DNA of 48,545 bases from Seison nebaliae (GCA_023231475.1 JALJEE010001426.1:62001-110545), one strand, 5' to 3'; shown: positions 13,011-25,266, counted from the stretch's first letter. Notes: a model not told the origin generated them from the sequence alone. A program made the numbers and translations.

Positions 13011-14633
13011 ATGAATAAGATTTTGTTCGAAGTCGACGATATTTCTTCCGACATTAAATCAAACGGCGATGTTCCCAATGAAATTATACGACCTCTTGGA
13101 GGTATTGAACGATTTCTATCCTTGCAATTGAAATGGGCTTTACAGTACCAGGATATCGTTACCATATCAATATTACGCATCTCGACATTAGAGAAACATA
13201 AAATTTTGTTGAACGATCCAAAATACCTGTTGCGAGCACTTCAATTATGGACAAGAAAACATGTACCTTTGAGATGTTATTTGAAACAAATGGACAAAAA
13301 TGAGATAACGTCTTTGGCCTATACATCATTTGGGAGTCGATTATCTCCCGAACAATTAATGGAGCAAGTGGAAGTTTATGAAACAGTTGACGAATGGTTG
13401 AAAAATCGTCCTTCTGATAATTCACAAATGGCTCGTACGAACAGATTAGTTCGGTTCCATTTTGAAGAGAAAAGTACGACGAATAAAGTACCGTGGTGGA
13501 ATAGTGAAGTCGCTTATCAAATGGGTGGTCGACATGATGTCTACTCTCAACCACTATGGAGATTAGTCTTATTGATGAATGAAGAACTCCAGGAATTTGC
13601 TTTGGTTATTCCATTACATCATTCAATTGTCGATGGAGTCTCTGCTAAACATTATGTAGATGATTTCATAAATATTTGGTTAGCTGAATTAAATGAACAA
13701 TTGAAGAGTGATATTGATGTGAAAGAACAATTCCTTCGACGATACGAGAATCAGAAAGTTGAAAGAATGGTCAATAGTCTCGATAGCATATTAAAACCTC
13801 CGAAGAATCTTCCTTATCATCCAGAGGAAGAAGAATTGGAACGTGAGAATATGTTATTAAAACAAAGAAAATATAGTTTCCTTGAAATGAAAGATAACAA
13901 TATTCCTATACATTCTGGTTCACCAAAATTCATGTCAACCTTTATCGATGATGATACGATGCATATCGTCATGAAGAAGATAAAAGAACAACAATGTAAA
14001 ATGACTGCTGCAGTAACCACCGCTAGTGCCTTAGCATGGAGGAGAACATGCAAACAAATGAGTTACATGATCGATCAAACGGTGATAACTGCTGTACCAA
14101 TAAATTTTACTAATTCGGTGAAAGATTTGAAATCGGAATATCCATTTCCACGAGCCGTTTGCACCGATGAGAAAGATGAAGTTGGATTAATTCAAATTCC
14201 AGCAAGTACGGGAGAGAAAGATAATTTTTGGAATTCAGCTCGAAATGTGAGAAAAGATTTTGAAAGAATTTTAAATAGTAAAGAAGTGTCACAAGGAATA
14301 TTAAAGAAAGAAGTTGATATTCTTGACACTCTGGATTATAAGGATACCGTTGATTTTCCCGATGGAACTTTCTACGTTCATTATTGTCTGAGTAATATCG
14401 GGAGATTTGTGCAAAAATCAGTATCGCAAGATTTCTTCGTCAACGAACAATTCTATTTTGTGAATGGAAGTATGGAGAACTCTCCTTACGGAAGTTTCAT
14501 GCTTGGCGTTACTAGTAACAACGATAAATTGTGTTTTGGCTTAGAATATGATAGTCGGGCGGCATCGGAAGAATTTATGTTGAATTTTATCGATAACTTA
14601 CAAGCAGTATTCAAAAGTAATATATTCACATAG
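13011..14633 (+). CDS. Stand-alone condensation-domain / alcohol acetyltransferase-like (CoA-dependent acyltransferase superfamily) protein, intronless
   Basis: Catalytic HHSIVDG (HHxxxDG), N-terminal RPLGGIERF, PLWRLVL before the active site, C-terminal SNIG; first in-frame ATG at 13011. Confidence 0.85.
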   Translation: MNKILFEVDDISSDIKSNGDVPNEIIRPLGGIERFLSLQLKWALQYQDIVTISILRISTLEKHKILLNDPKYLLRALQLWTRKHVPLRCYLKQMDKNEITSLAYTSFGSRLSPEQLMEQVEVYETVDEWLKNRPSDNSQMARTNRLVRFHFEEKSTTNKVPWWNSEVAYQMGGRHDVYSQPLWRLVLLMNEELQEFALVIPLHHSIVDGVSAKHYVDDFINIWLAELNEQLKSDIDVKEQFLRRYENQKVERMVNSLDSILKPPKNLPYHPEEEELERENMLLKQRKYSFLEMKDNNIPIHSGSPKFMSTFIDDDTMHIVMKKIKEQQCKMTAAVTTASALAWRRTCKQMSYMIDQTVITAVPINFTNSVKDLKSEYPFPRAVCTDEKDEVGLIQIPASTGEKDNFWNSARNVRKDFERILNSKEVSQGILKKEVDILDTLDYKDTVDFPDGTFYVHYCLSNIGRFVQKSVSQDFFVNEQFYFVNGSMENSPYGSFMLGVTSNNDKLCFGLEYDSRAASEEFMLNFIDNLQAVFKSNIFT

Positions 14634-15094
14634 ATGAATTTACTGAAATTTATACAGTTCACTACAATAATTTTAAGAATTAGAATAGATGGAATACGTA
14701 TAAATTTCATCTGTTTTCATATTTCATTTTGGTATAATTATATAATATTCTTCATCATTTTTCAAATTTTATTTCAATAAATTTTATATTAATAAATTAT
14801 TCTCTTTATATCACTTCTTCTCATTCTTAATTTCTTCAATAAACCATCAATAATTTAATGTTGATGACTAATGTAAACAACCATCTTAACCATTGATATT
14901 ATCTGGTTTATTTATATATGAATATGGCGAGAAATATTTGCAATATGAACTTTTATATTTGAAATTAAGAGAAAGAATATGAAACTATCAAAAGATCATC
15001 AGTTATTTAATATATATACTCATTAGTATATATATTTAGGTAGTATATAAATAATATGATTTATTTCAGGTAAGTATATTTCATTTTAAAAGAT

Positions 15095-17086
15095 TTACAA
15101 GTGTTTATTCTCATCATATAAAGAAGGAAAGAAATTGTTCAGAGAATTTGAATTATTCAAACTATAAAAATTATTGTAGTCTGTTAATTCTTCTTGTTGT
15201 TGTACATCTAAAGTTGTCGACCAGTTATTTCCCAGTAGGTTAGATTCATTTGAGTCCATGATATTTTGAAAAGAATTCATTTGCTCATTAAATGATCCCA
15301 GATCAGACGTATGCGAATTTTGTAAAGAATTCATTTGAAAATTTGGTGTTTCCATTGACAATATCGAATTATAATCCAGAAGATTATTCATTTCATTCAT
15401 CGCTTTATTATCTAAGAAATTCCCGTCTTCATTTTGTTGAATTTCATCTATCTTCAGAATGTCATTGGAATCTTTATGGTTATTATTAATTTCCAAATTC
15501 CAATCGATATCTGATGGTTGTTCGTTCATTAAACTCATATCGAATTCTACTTGATTCTCCTGATCAACATCTTCATTGTTGTGTTGATTCTCCTCATCAT
15601 TATTCAGAGTATGTGAGTGTAAAAACTTTGGTGTATAACTAAACTTTAATCCGGTTGGATATATGACACCATCATTCCTAACAAGGAATATATCGACCTG
15701 AAAGTTCAAATTAGATTTTATAGTTTATTCGAATAATTCAAATATTCTAACAGTTTTATTCATATCATTCATATTAGTTAATCTTGGAAGTTCGTTGAAG
15801 AAGTTTTGTATTGGAGGAACATAGCATTTGAGTAATTGGGAACATCTGAATAAAATTAATTTTATTAAAACATCCAACAAATTTAAACCGATAATATGTT
15901 GTTGATGGAATATAATCAAACCAAATTTGTAGAACTGGAGTGAAACTTTCACCTTTTAATTGAACGAGTGCATTTCCATTTAATTCAGATATTGATATAC
16001 TGTGAACTATTGGTACGGGTGTTATTCTCATATCATTCGTAAGTTCTCTCGGAGTGTACCACGAATATTCTACACGATCCGTACTGATAATCGTCCAACA
16101 CGCATTATCATTCAATGTAACAGTATTATTCGTCTTCACTTGTCCTTTACAAATTTGAATTTTTTCTTGTTGTAGACCAATGTACGATTGATCATCACCA
16201 TCCGCTAATGCAAATGCACATTTATGTAATTGAGATAATGGTTCATCAGCTGTCATATTAATACAACTCTTATCAACTTTTCTAATTATCTGAAAATTAA
16301 TTGACGATAATGAGAAAATTATTGAGAAATGTTAACCATTTTCGGAAGAACAATATTCGTTTCGACACATTTCAATTTGATAGTTGATTCATAATGAACA
16401 TATCCTTCTCGCACAGTATAAACATTCGATTCCTTCTCATTTGCATCAACTAAATGAATAAGAAACTCTCCCCATTGCTGAGAGTGTGCGATGAAATTCT
16501 CTGATTCACTATCTACATACATATATCTTGTACTGACAGTTTGTGATCTTAACCGATTGAACAAGGTTATTCGACTACCTGACGCAATACAAAGATCAGC
16601 ATTCTTTATCGATTGTTTCTTCTTCGACGGTTTCGATATGACTTTCATGCAATTACTTTGAAATTCTCCAAGGTCTCTTCCCAAATTCTCATCAAATAAT
16701 CGTAAATGTAATTTAAATTGTTTCCGTTTGTCGCTGTCCGAAATGAACAGAGTTTTAGCCGCAAAGAATTTTTCTTTCGTCGAATCAGATGAAATTATTA
16801 ATGGATGACGATCAGTCTGTGTATCACATCCAATGCTAATGAAAGCGTTTGGAGGAATATTGGATCTCTGACGGAAATAATTTGTCCACGATTCACCTCT
16901 CAAATAAATGAGTGGTGGAGGACAGAAGAATCGTTTCTCATTACCATATGATTTCTGGGCAACTTTAGCATGTCGAATAATAACTGTGAAATCGAAATTA
17001 TCGATATTATTATTTTTCGCTTTATACTCATTCTTTTTTGAAAGATAATCTTTCATTTCTTCAATTGTCAATTTGGTAGATAACAT
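15095..17086 (-). CDS. Su(H): Suppressor of Hairless / RBPJ / CSL transcription factor, ~615 aa. Exons 17086-16337, 16289-15889, 15845-15752, 15697-15095
   Basis: HAKVAQKSYGNEKRFFCPPP, KTLFISDSDKRK, VISKPSKKKQS, FNRLRSQTVSTRY, LPKM|IIRKVDK, LSQLHKCAF, WTIISTD, LVRNDGVIYPTG; introns of 47, 43 and 54 nt restore the frame. Confidence 0.97.
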
Positions 17087-17904
17087 GATATTCTCACTCG
17101 AATATTATTTAGTTAAAAGGAAAATTTTCTCTCATAATTTTCTTCTCGTATCTTATCGAAGAGATGGATTGAGTCGAAATATTTTTTCAATTCAGTTCAG
17201 ATAAGTAGATTGAGTGTTAAAATAAACCGAATGGTTCACTAATATCAGTTGTTCATTTTCCCATTCAATTATTCTGCAGGTAGAGCTCCTTCATCTTTCT
17301 TTAATTATTTTTAATTATTTTTTTAAAATTATTTCTTTTCCATAAACTACTAAATTCGACCTCCTCCTGTCCGCTTCATTAACATCGTGACATTAATTAT
17401 TTCCAATACAGAAAAATATTAAAAAAAAAAACGTCAAATATATTCCCTTTCCAATTCGATTGCTTATAAGTGTTACATTCATATATCGTACTGCTAGAAT
17501 AGGAAGCAATAGTCTTTGTTAGAGTTTTCTCATTTTAATTGAAATCGTTTCCAATATGTAGACGTGGAAAAGTGTAAAAGTCCACACGGAAAGTTTAAGA
17601 TATTTATTTCTTTCGTTCCTAATTTTGACGAGGAAAGAGAAATTTTTTTCTTTCAAATATTTTCTACGAATATTTTCTTACAAATACTTTCCCATATTAT
17701 TTCCATAACGAATTTATCGAGAATGTGTTAACTGTCGACCAGTTTTGTTTACAATATTTCTTATAATTTTATTATCATTATAAAATTATTTGGAAAGATG
17801 AATAGTGAGATGTATAAATAAATTCGTAATAAGACGAAAGAAATGCAAATATATGTTATTAGTTGCTGTAAAAAAAGAATGTAAAGAATATATGAGAGAT
17901 CGTC

Positions 17905-19383
17905 TCATTTCTTCTCGAAAAAGTTTAAGAAATTTCTGAAACGATTTCGGAAGAAATTCGGTGACAATTGTTGACGACAGTAAGACGATAAAGGACTAAT
18001 GAATTTTTGTGCTCTCGACGTTATTGGAGTGTCGTTGTTGATCTCAGTAGCAGTGGCATATATCGTTTCAATCGCATGTTCACCATCGGATGCCATAGAG
18101 AAGATATCGTTGTCTGAAATCGTATCATAATGACGATGTTTTAGACGTCGAACCAATTTTGAAATATTAATTTCCATATCAATTTCTTCGTGTTCACGCT
18201 CTTCTTCAGCTGTTACGAATAACTTTCCATGAAATGGCGTTTCATCGTCAATTGATGACTTTCGTCGAATGTTTATTGAACCGTACAATTGATCAATCTC
18301 CATTCGATTAATATTATTATCGTTGTTCATGTGATGACTTCCATCAATCATATCATGATCCACATTTGATAATATATCTGGTTTATTGTATCCATAAATT
18401 TTGGATTCTTGATTAGATTGTAATGGAAATTCATTATATTTTTCTTCCAACTGATATGGCTGAATATCTTGATAAATCCTTTGATTGTTATTATTATTGT
18501 TGTTGTTGTTCAATTGATCTTTTGTCTCAGAAATTGTATTATAATAATTATCTGATCGTTTGCGTGAGATCATTTCTCTTTGTTGTGATTTATTATTTCC
18601 TTTCAACTTCCTTTGTTGATGGTGACGTCGCGAAGCGTAACAATAAATTTTACATCGAACATTCTTCTTCTTCGAATAATAATAATAGTAATAATAATAA
18701 TTATTATTATTGTTATGATTATTCTTCATGTCTTGATTGTTATTGTAATTATTATCGTGAAATTCATTTACTGATAAAGAAGATGATTGAGAATTATTGG
18801 AATTATCATCAATTCGATTTCCATCTGGTAGCGACGCATAAATTCCAGCAAATGGTTGCTGTTGAAAATGTGTTGGAAAACGACAATAATCATAAGCTAT
18901 ATCATCAATTAATCGTGATGTAGTGGGGAGAATGTTATATGAATAAATTGTTGGTAATTCATCATCATTCTCATTCATTTGACGAACAGAAAAATCATAA
19001 ACTCTTATTGATTCTCTATTATTATTCATTGGTCTCATATTATTTATTGTTGTTGTTTCTCCTTCTTCCTCTTCATCTTTCAATGTTGATTGAACAAATC
19101 CGATATTGTCACTTCCATCTCTTCGGATGACGGCGTACGTTACTGATTGCATATCATCCATTGGCATTTGTGGATCTGGATTCGAATGTTCTGAATTCTT
19201 TATCGTCGATTGACATAAAGTTGTTCCATTCGAATCATTTGATGATATAGATGGAATAGTTGGAATATTCTTAATCTCATCTATATTTCCCACTTGTTGA
19301 AAATTGAGAGAATGTGTCACTTCCACCATATTCGTCTTTCTTCCTAACTTCTTAGTAAAACAAATTCGTAATGTCTCCCACAT
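17905..19383 (-). CDS. Uncharacterised low-complexity (N/D/S-rich) protein with many Tyr-based motifs, 492 aa, intronless
   Basis: Uninterrupted 1479-nt ATG-to-stop ORF in very AT-rich DNA; no recognisable folded domain. Confidence 0.7.
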   Translation of the reverse strand: MWETLRICFTKKLGRKTNMVEVTHSLNFQQVGNIDEIKNIPTIPSISSNDSNGTTLCQSTIKNSEHSNPDPQMPMDDMQSVTYAVIRRDGSDNIGFVQSTLKDEEEEGETTTINNMRPMNNNRESIRVYDFSVRQMNENDDELPTIYSYNILPTTSRLIDDIAYDYCRFPTHFQQQPFAGIYASLPDGNRIDDNSNNSQSSSLSVNEFHDNNYNNNQDMKNNHNNNNNYYYYYYYYSKKKNVRCKIYCYASRRHHQQRKLKGNNKSQQREMISRKRSDNYYNTISETKDQLNNNNNNNNNQRIYQDIQPYQLEEKYNEFPLQSNQESKIYGYNKPDILSNVDHDMIDGSHHMNNDNNINRMEIDQLYGSINIRRKSSIDDETPFHGKLFVTAEEEREHEEIDMEINISKLVRRLKHRHYDTISDNDIFSMASDGEHAIETIYATATEINNDTPITSRAQKFISPLSSYCRQQLSPNFFRNRFRNFLNFFEKK

Positions 19384-20112
19384 TATCTCTCTACGTCCTC
19401 AATATTAATTATTTTCAATGAATGTTCTAAAAGTCTCATAGTTTAATATCGTTAAATTATGAATATTTCCATTCAATATTCCATTGTCTTCCTAAATTCA
19501 TTAAATTTCCATTTAATTTTGACATTCAGCTAAAAATTTCATTCATGTCTACCTGATTTCATATCATCTACTTCCATTTTGCGTACTTTCCAACAACCTG
19601 TACCGAAGACAAACAAGTGTACTTAAAACCATTTAATCTCCGAATGTTCCATCAGGATCTTTCTGATAATTGTTGAACTTTCTAGAACAAAAGCATCTGT
19701 TCTGTAACTAAAAAATGAAAGTATTAATTATTCTTTTAATTAGACCATAAAATATAACACCCTATTGTGTTTGAACATTTGGAGACTAGATACTTTAAAG
19801 ACGGGACAATCCAAAGAACGGTGATTGGAAAACTAGACCACCAAAACTAATTCGGAGACCATTCTCAATGGTACGAGTACTAGATTATAAAACATTGATA
19901 TTTTTAAGGTTATGTAAGAAGAAGAATATTAAAATATTATTTCATTGAGGAAAGTGCAAAAAATAGTATTTTAGTATAATATATTAGTTCTAATATTTTC
20001 CTATTGTTGATGGTAGTTATGATAGATTTATTTTCTAACGATTTATTCTATTATCAATATTCATTATATGTTAAATAATGTTTAAATTACGTATAATTAA
20101 TTACCATAATAT

Positions 20113-20455
20113 GTCTTGGATGGGGGTCGAATCAATTCGGGAAAGTATTGTGGGGTTTTAGAAATATACTGTGAGTTCCATTTGCGGATCAATATCTGTG
20201 CTCAGTCTTTCAACAAGGAAATGTCAGACCGCATACTGCACGTAATACCCCGACGTGGATGGAAAACCACAATATAAGAACCATTAATTGGCCTCCAATT
20301 AGTCCGGATCTCAATAAAATTGAAGAAATGTGGTCGTGGCTAACGTAAGTAGGGAAACTTATTGGGATCAACTTTTTAAGTTCGAAACTGTTGAAGAACT
20401 TACCAAAGCGTTCAAAACTGCTTGGGATAAGTTGGACATTCAAATAATTCACCAT
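20113..20455 (+). mobile_element. Degenerate Tc1-family (DD34E) transposase remnant
   Basis: Frame from 20205 reads VFQQGNVRPHTARNTPTWMENHNIRTINWPPISPDLNKIEEMWSWLT* (Tc1 FQQDNA.PH...WP..SPDLNPIE..W; 34 residues between the mutated D and the E). Flanked by frameshifted GRINSGKYCGVLE and FETVEELTKAFKTAWDKL. Confidence 0.88.
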
Positions 20456-20632
20456 TATAATAACCACCCAATAACTAACCACTGTGGAATTTAATTTCTG
20501 TTTATTAACTTTATGTGTATTTTGATACGATTTAAAATTTTGTGGAATACTGTCTAATGGAATACTCAAATACTACTGTGGAATCTAAATGAACTTCCAA
20601 ATATAATACAAAAATTTAAAAACTAAAAGATA

Positions 20633-20704
20633 TCCCATGTGGTCTAGGGGTTAGGATTTCGCCCTTTCACGGCGACGGCCCGGGTTCGATTCCCGGCGTG
20701 GGAG
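20633..20704 (+). tRNA. tRNA-Glu(TTC): tRNA-Glu (anticodon TTC)
   Basis: Acceptor stem TCCCATG/CGTGGGA, D-arm TGGTCTAGGGGTTAGGA, anticodon arm TCGCC-CTTTCAC-GGCGA, T-arm CCGGG-TTCGATT-CCCGG, followed by T-runs (Pol III terminator). Confidence 0.96.
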
Positions 20705-21027
20705 GAAACTTTTGCTTCAATTTTTTTTCATGTTCATTGTCAATTCTATAACATGTAAGGAATCATACAACAGAACGGTCTTCCTACAAGGTTTAAATAC
20801 AATTCATATTTGTTAATTTTAAGTATTTTACTCAATTTAAATGGTCAAATATGGATAATTTCTATACTTTCTAACAATCTCTTCTAACAGAATAAATTAA
20901 TGAATTTCAATAAATTTCAACAATTCTGTTAATAATTTCTGTTAAAAGTAAAAGTAATGTGAAATGAGTTAGCAGAATGAATCGAACCGAATGACTTTGT
21001 TTCTGAATTTTTTTTACCTTCCTACTT

Positions 21028-22637
21028 ATGATGATACGTTTTCTCAATCATTTATTTCACTCTTATAACATCATTTTATTATTTGCATTTTTTCATATTA
21101 TTCATACTGAAGTGACTACTATTGTTCAACATGTTAAAAAAGGTAAATCGTTTTCCGTCGAATGTTTCAATCAGATTCCTCTCCCTTGGATGAAAGATAG
21201 AGATTGTCTTATTACGTTCATAGAACATGCTCCTGAAAATCCTAACATATCAATACCAATTTTATCTCCCACTTGTAGTCTGCTGCAAATTTCATCGAAA
21301 TTTGATTATCGACAATATGAAAATGGGAATCATTTGACTATCCACAATACAAAATTTTCTGATGGTGGCACTTACCATTGCCATTCCACAATCCAAAAAG
21401 TAATTTATGTAATCCATGTTTATGACACGGGTTATGTTGATTTACGTGTTAATCGTGATGTGAGAAACCCGAGATTAATTCATGTGAAACTATTTCATCG
21501 ACGATCATTTCCAATGGCACATTTAACTTTATTCGATTTCCAAAATCAATTGAAAATTATGGAGTTTCCAAACATTTCTTCTCAAGTTAAAATACAAGAT
21601 CAGCTGTTAAAGGATGATAATTCGAAGAAGAAAACTTTAAAAACTGCATTACTAAATTTCACCTTTTATCAATCCGTTTTAAGTGAATATACTCAATTGA
21701 AATATGTCTTACAATCGAATCAGTTCATAAAAATCTCACCAAACTTCTTAAATAGAACTCAAATATTCTCCATATTAAATGTGGGAAATGAATTGGTTCA
21801 ACAACTGTCTGGCAGTATTGTTAAAAGAATTATCTATACAATAAATTTGAATTTTAGAGAAAGTTCAATTTTTATATATTCACAATTTTTACCTTTTGTA
21901 TTAGGTGGTTTAATCGATCGAACTAAATGGAACGTTATCCTTTGTATCACAGGTATTTTGAATGTGCTAACGCTTTTATTCGGTCTCGTGCAAATATTAT
22001 TTGCACGTTACATCGTCTTTAAATCAATTATTAGTTATTTCAATTTTTATATTAATGTTCATTAGAGTTTTATTAAGATCATTCTGATGTGAAACAAATT
22101 AGATGGGCATTGATTGTTCATGTCATCATATCATCCCTTTTGATCATCACTATGACATTCTTTTGGGCTGATGGTAATCGAGCACATCTTCAGGTATTCA
22201 AAATGGAAGAGAGACATTCATTGATCATAGCGGGAAGTATAGCGATATATCATACCGTTATTTTGGTAATCGCCATTTGTTATCATTTAGTAAAAAGTTT
22301 GAAATGTTTTCTAAATAAAAAAAGAAACAATAAATTTAATCACATGTCAGGTTCATTTTTTGGATCAAAAAACATTCGAACTTATGTGGCTGCATACATT
22401 TTAATATTTGTTATAACAATTGTATCATTCATGGGATACTTGACATTGATCGACAGTTAGAATTATTGACGACACCACTTTCTAATTTCATTACATTATA
22501 TAGTCAAATTTGCAATGGTCGCTTCTGTTCTGTCCTACGTTTTGACTCTAATGACCGTTACAGCAAATTTGGTGATATTAAGGAATAACATTGAGAATAA
22601 TTATGATAAATCTCATTTCAATTTCTTTTTTTATTAA
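21028..22637 (+). CDS. Signal peptide + Ig-like domain + five predicted TM helices. Introns 22034-22077, 22297-22350, 22456-22503; a possible further in-frame intron at 21815-21904
   Basis: Ig signature FSVEC...HLTIHN..DGGTYHC; five hydrophobic segments after splicing; GT-AG introns join ORF 21028, ORF 22089 and the exon starting at 22504. Confidence 0.7.
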
Positions 22638-22705
22638 AGAGAAAAATAAAATAATTTTTTTCCTATTTCCATTTTTAATTTACGATTTTTAGTAATTTCA
22701 CCAGT

Positions 22706-25241
22706 ATGTCTGAATCAAGTATAAGTATGGGATCGTCGATGCTGTCCGAATTATCTAATCCGGAAAACACAGCAGTGACTTCTCACTTTGTTGAATCGAC
22801 GAAATTACCATTAGCACCGTTACATAGTAAAATGGTTGTGAATTTTGAATTATTTCTGAAGATGTTTCTATTTCTCTATAGATTTTATTAGATAATGCTC
22901 GTCGTCGTAATCGTGAAATATTATTTGAGGAATTGGATGAAATAGAAGAGAAGAGAGTACTTCTCGATGGTTTGGATCAATTAAATGTTACTTGTATCTC
23001 ATATAACGTTGGACAAAGAATGAAAGAGTTTAAATTGAAAGATTAAAATAATTAATTTCATTTCTGATATAGACATATAATCAAATTTATAAATAAACAA
23101 ATCGATATGTATTGGAATAAGGTTCGAACGAATAAAAGAAAAAAAGAAACTGATCTTCAACAACGAATCAAAATGAGAAGGTTTAAAGTGAAAGTGGGCG
23201 AAGGACCAGATGTTGGATGGAATAGTGTTCCTGAAATTGAGGAGTTCCTCTCACTTCAGCACGAGAAGAGAGTTCAAGAAGATAAGTATAAACAATTCAA
23301 ACATATCCAACGAAACTACGAAAAATTACAATTTGATGAAATGGATGAGGAATTAATACCTGGCGTTGATTCTCTAAACACTCACAGATATGTACTGATT
23401 CAAAATCACAAAGAACAGAAACGGCGAAAAGATAAATATAAAAGTAATTTTGTTTTAATATTTTTTTTGAAAATTATAATTCTTTTAATAGATTCTATTC
23501 CTATAGAGAAAGCGGAATTGAAAGCATATAAAGATAAACACTTCGATTTAGTACAGGAAGAGATTCATGAAGAACCTGATGATTTCCAGAATGAATTGTT
23601 AAGAACGGAAATTGAATTCTCACAATTTGTCAACGATAAATTAAGTTTGATTGCTTTTCGAACATTTTTCATTGAACCTGTTTCCAGATCATAAGGTTAC
23701 TGAGATGGTTCGAGATGAGTATGGAGAAGATTGGAATATAATCATCTTTCCAACGAATGATGAATTGCCAATGAGTGAAAATGATTTATTTTTGAAATAT
23801 CGTGATGAATTTATGGAGAAAATATTAAGAGATTATAAAATGGATGTTCGTTTGACCGAAGCGCAAAAGCGGCAGCGACAATTATTAGATCATACTTTAA
23901 AGAAAAATAAAGTGCGATTATTCACAACGAAAATGGCTTATAAGAAGAAAGAAGAGAAAAAGGAAGACACCGAAGATGATGAAACAAATGTATCAGGTTC
24001 AAAGAAAGAATCGAACCCATCAGATGAATATAATGAGGAGAAGAATGAGAAGAGTGAAGATGAAGAAGAAGGGGAAGGAGAAGGAGAAGAATTGGAAGAG
24101 CAAGGAGAAGAGGAAGAGGAGGAAGAAGAAGAAGGAGAAGTATCAAAATCTCCCAGTGCAAAATCTGTACCAAGTCTAATAACAGTCGGTAGTGATGAGA
24201 TAGAAATACCTGATGAATCAGATAAGAAAGAATTTGATTATTCGATTATTGGAGAAAACACTTCGATTGATTTGGTACAAAGTGAAAATTTGTATGACAT
24301 TCAATCCGAATCGACAGAACCAAGTATTTGTCCTCAATTTTACGCTTTCATGAAATGGCGAGAATGGACTAAAGACGGTCGTTTCTGGAAACATGGAGAC
24401 TATGCTTGTGGTGAACCGAAACAAAAATATTTAGAATTTCGTATTTGGCAAAAGAATGCTGGACAATTTAATGCGCCTCTCTCCACCACCGAAATGAGAC
24501 GACGTGATATATGTACAAAAAAGAAGAATTATATTTTACGCCAAAAAGTGTTGGATGAAAAAGCAATGAATAAATTATTGGAGAAAATCCATAATGTCCG
24601 TTTCGAATTATTGGAAGAGAAAATGCAAAATAAGAAAGCTCAGAAACGTTTTGCTGGTGACGAATTAGATGTAACGGATGTGACGTCACCAAATTTATTA
24701 GACACAGATGAAAATGAGATGGAGGAAGAAGATGAAGAAACGGATCAGATTGACGATGAGAATATGAATGAGAATAATCGAAATTGGAATAATTTAAGAC
24801 GAAAAGATTTCTTAAGATTTAACAAAAACAATTCTGCTCATTTCCCTCAAAACAACAACAACAATAATGGAAATGGCTCAGTGAAAACTAATAAAAGTAC
24901 GAAAAGTGAAATCGATCGATTAACACATCCAAAATTGAATGATATTACAATGACTCTACGATCCAGTTAGATATTTGATAAAATAATTTTTTCATTTATT
25001 TCTGTTTCATTCGAAACACTCAACAGATTCTCGAGCTTTTGCCGCTGATCATCTGGCTCTTCAAGGAAGTACCACTATCATCAATGAATTAGAGTCAGAG
25101 AAGGTGATTGATGATGATCAGTTAGATTTGGATTATCTTGAAATGGAAAAAGTGGATAATAATACCTTTCGGGTACCGATCAATTTAAGAATGATTATTT
25201 ATTGTTCTGAAACTATTGGCAAACATGGAGTATTTGCTTAA
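22706..25241 (+). CDS. Uncharacterised charged protein with a Glu-rich tract. Introns 22835-22881, 23028-23072, 23444-23491, 23645-23687, 24966-25026
   Basis: Five phase-consistent GT-AG introns (43-61 nt) join the ORF pieces; last exon ends ...KHGVFA* at 25241; no domain recognised. Confidence 0.7.
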
Positions 25242-25266
25242 ACTTAATAATAATAATATAAAATAT

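Noticed and set aside
18423..18923. 166-aa Tyr/Cys-rich plus-strand ORF
   Set aside because: Antisense translation of the Asn-rich repeats of the 17905-19383 gene.
20210..20569. 119-aa minus-strand ORF
   Set aside because: Antisense shadow of the Tc1 remnant; no ATG start and no motif.
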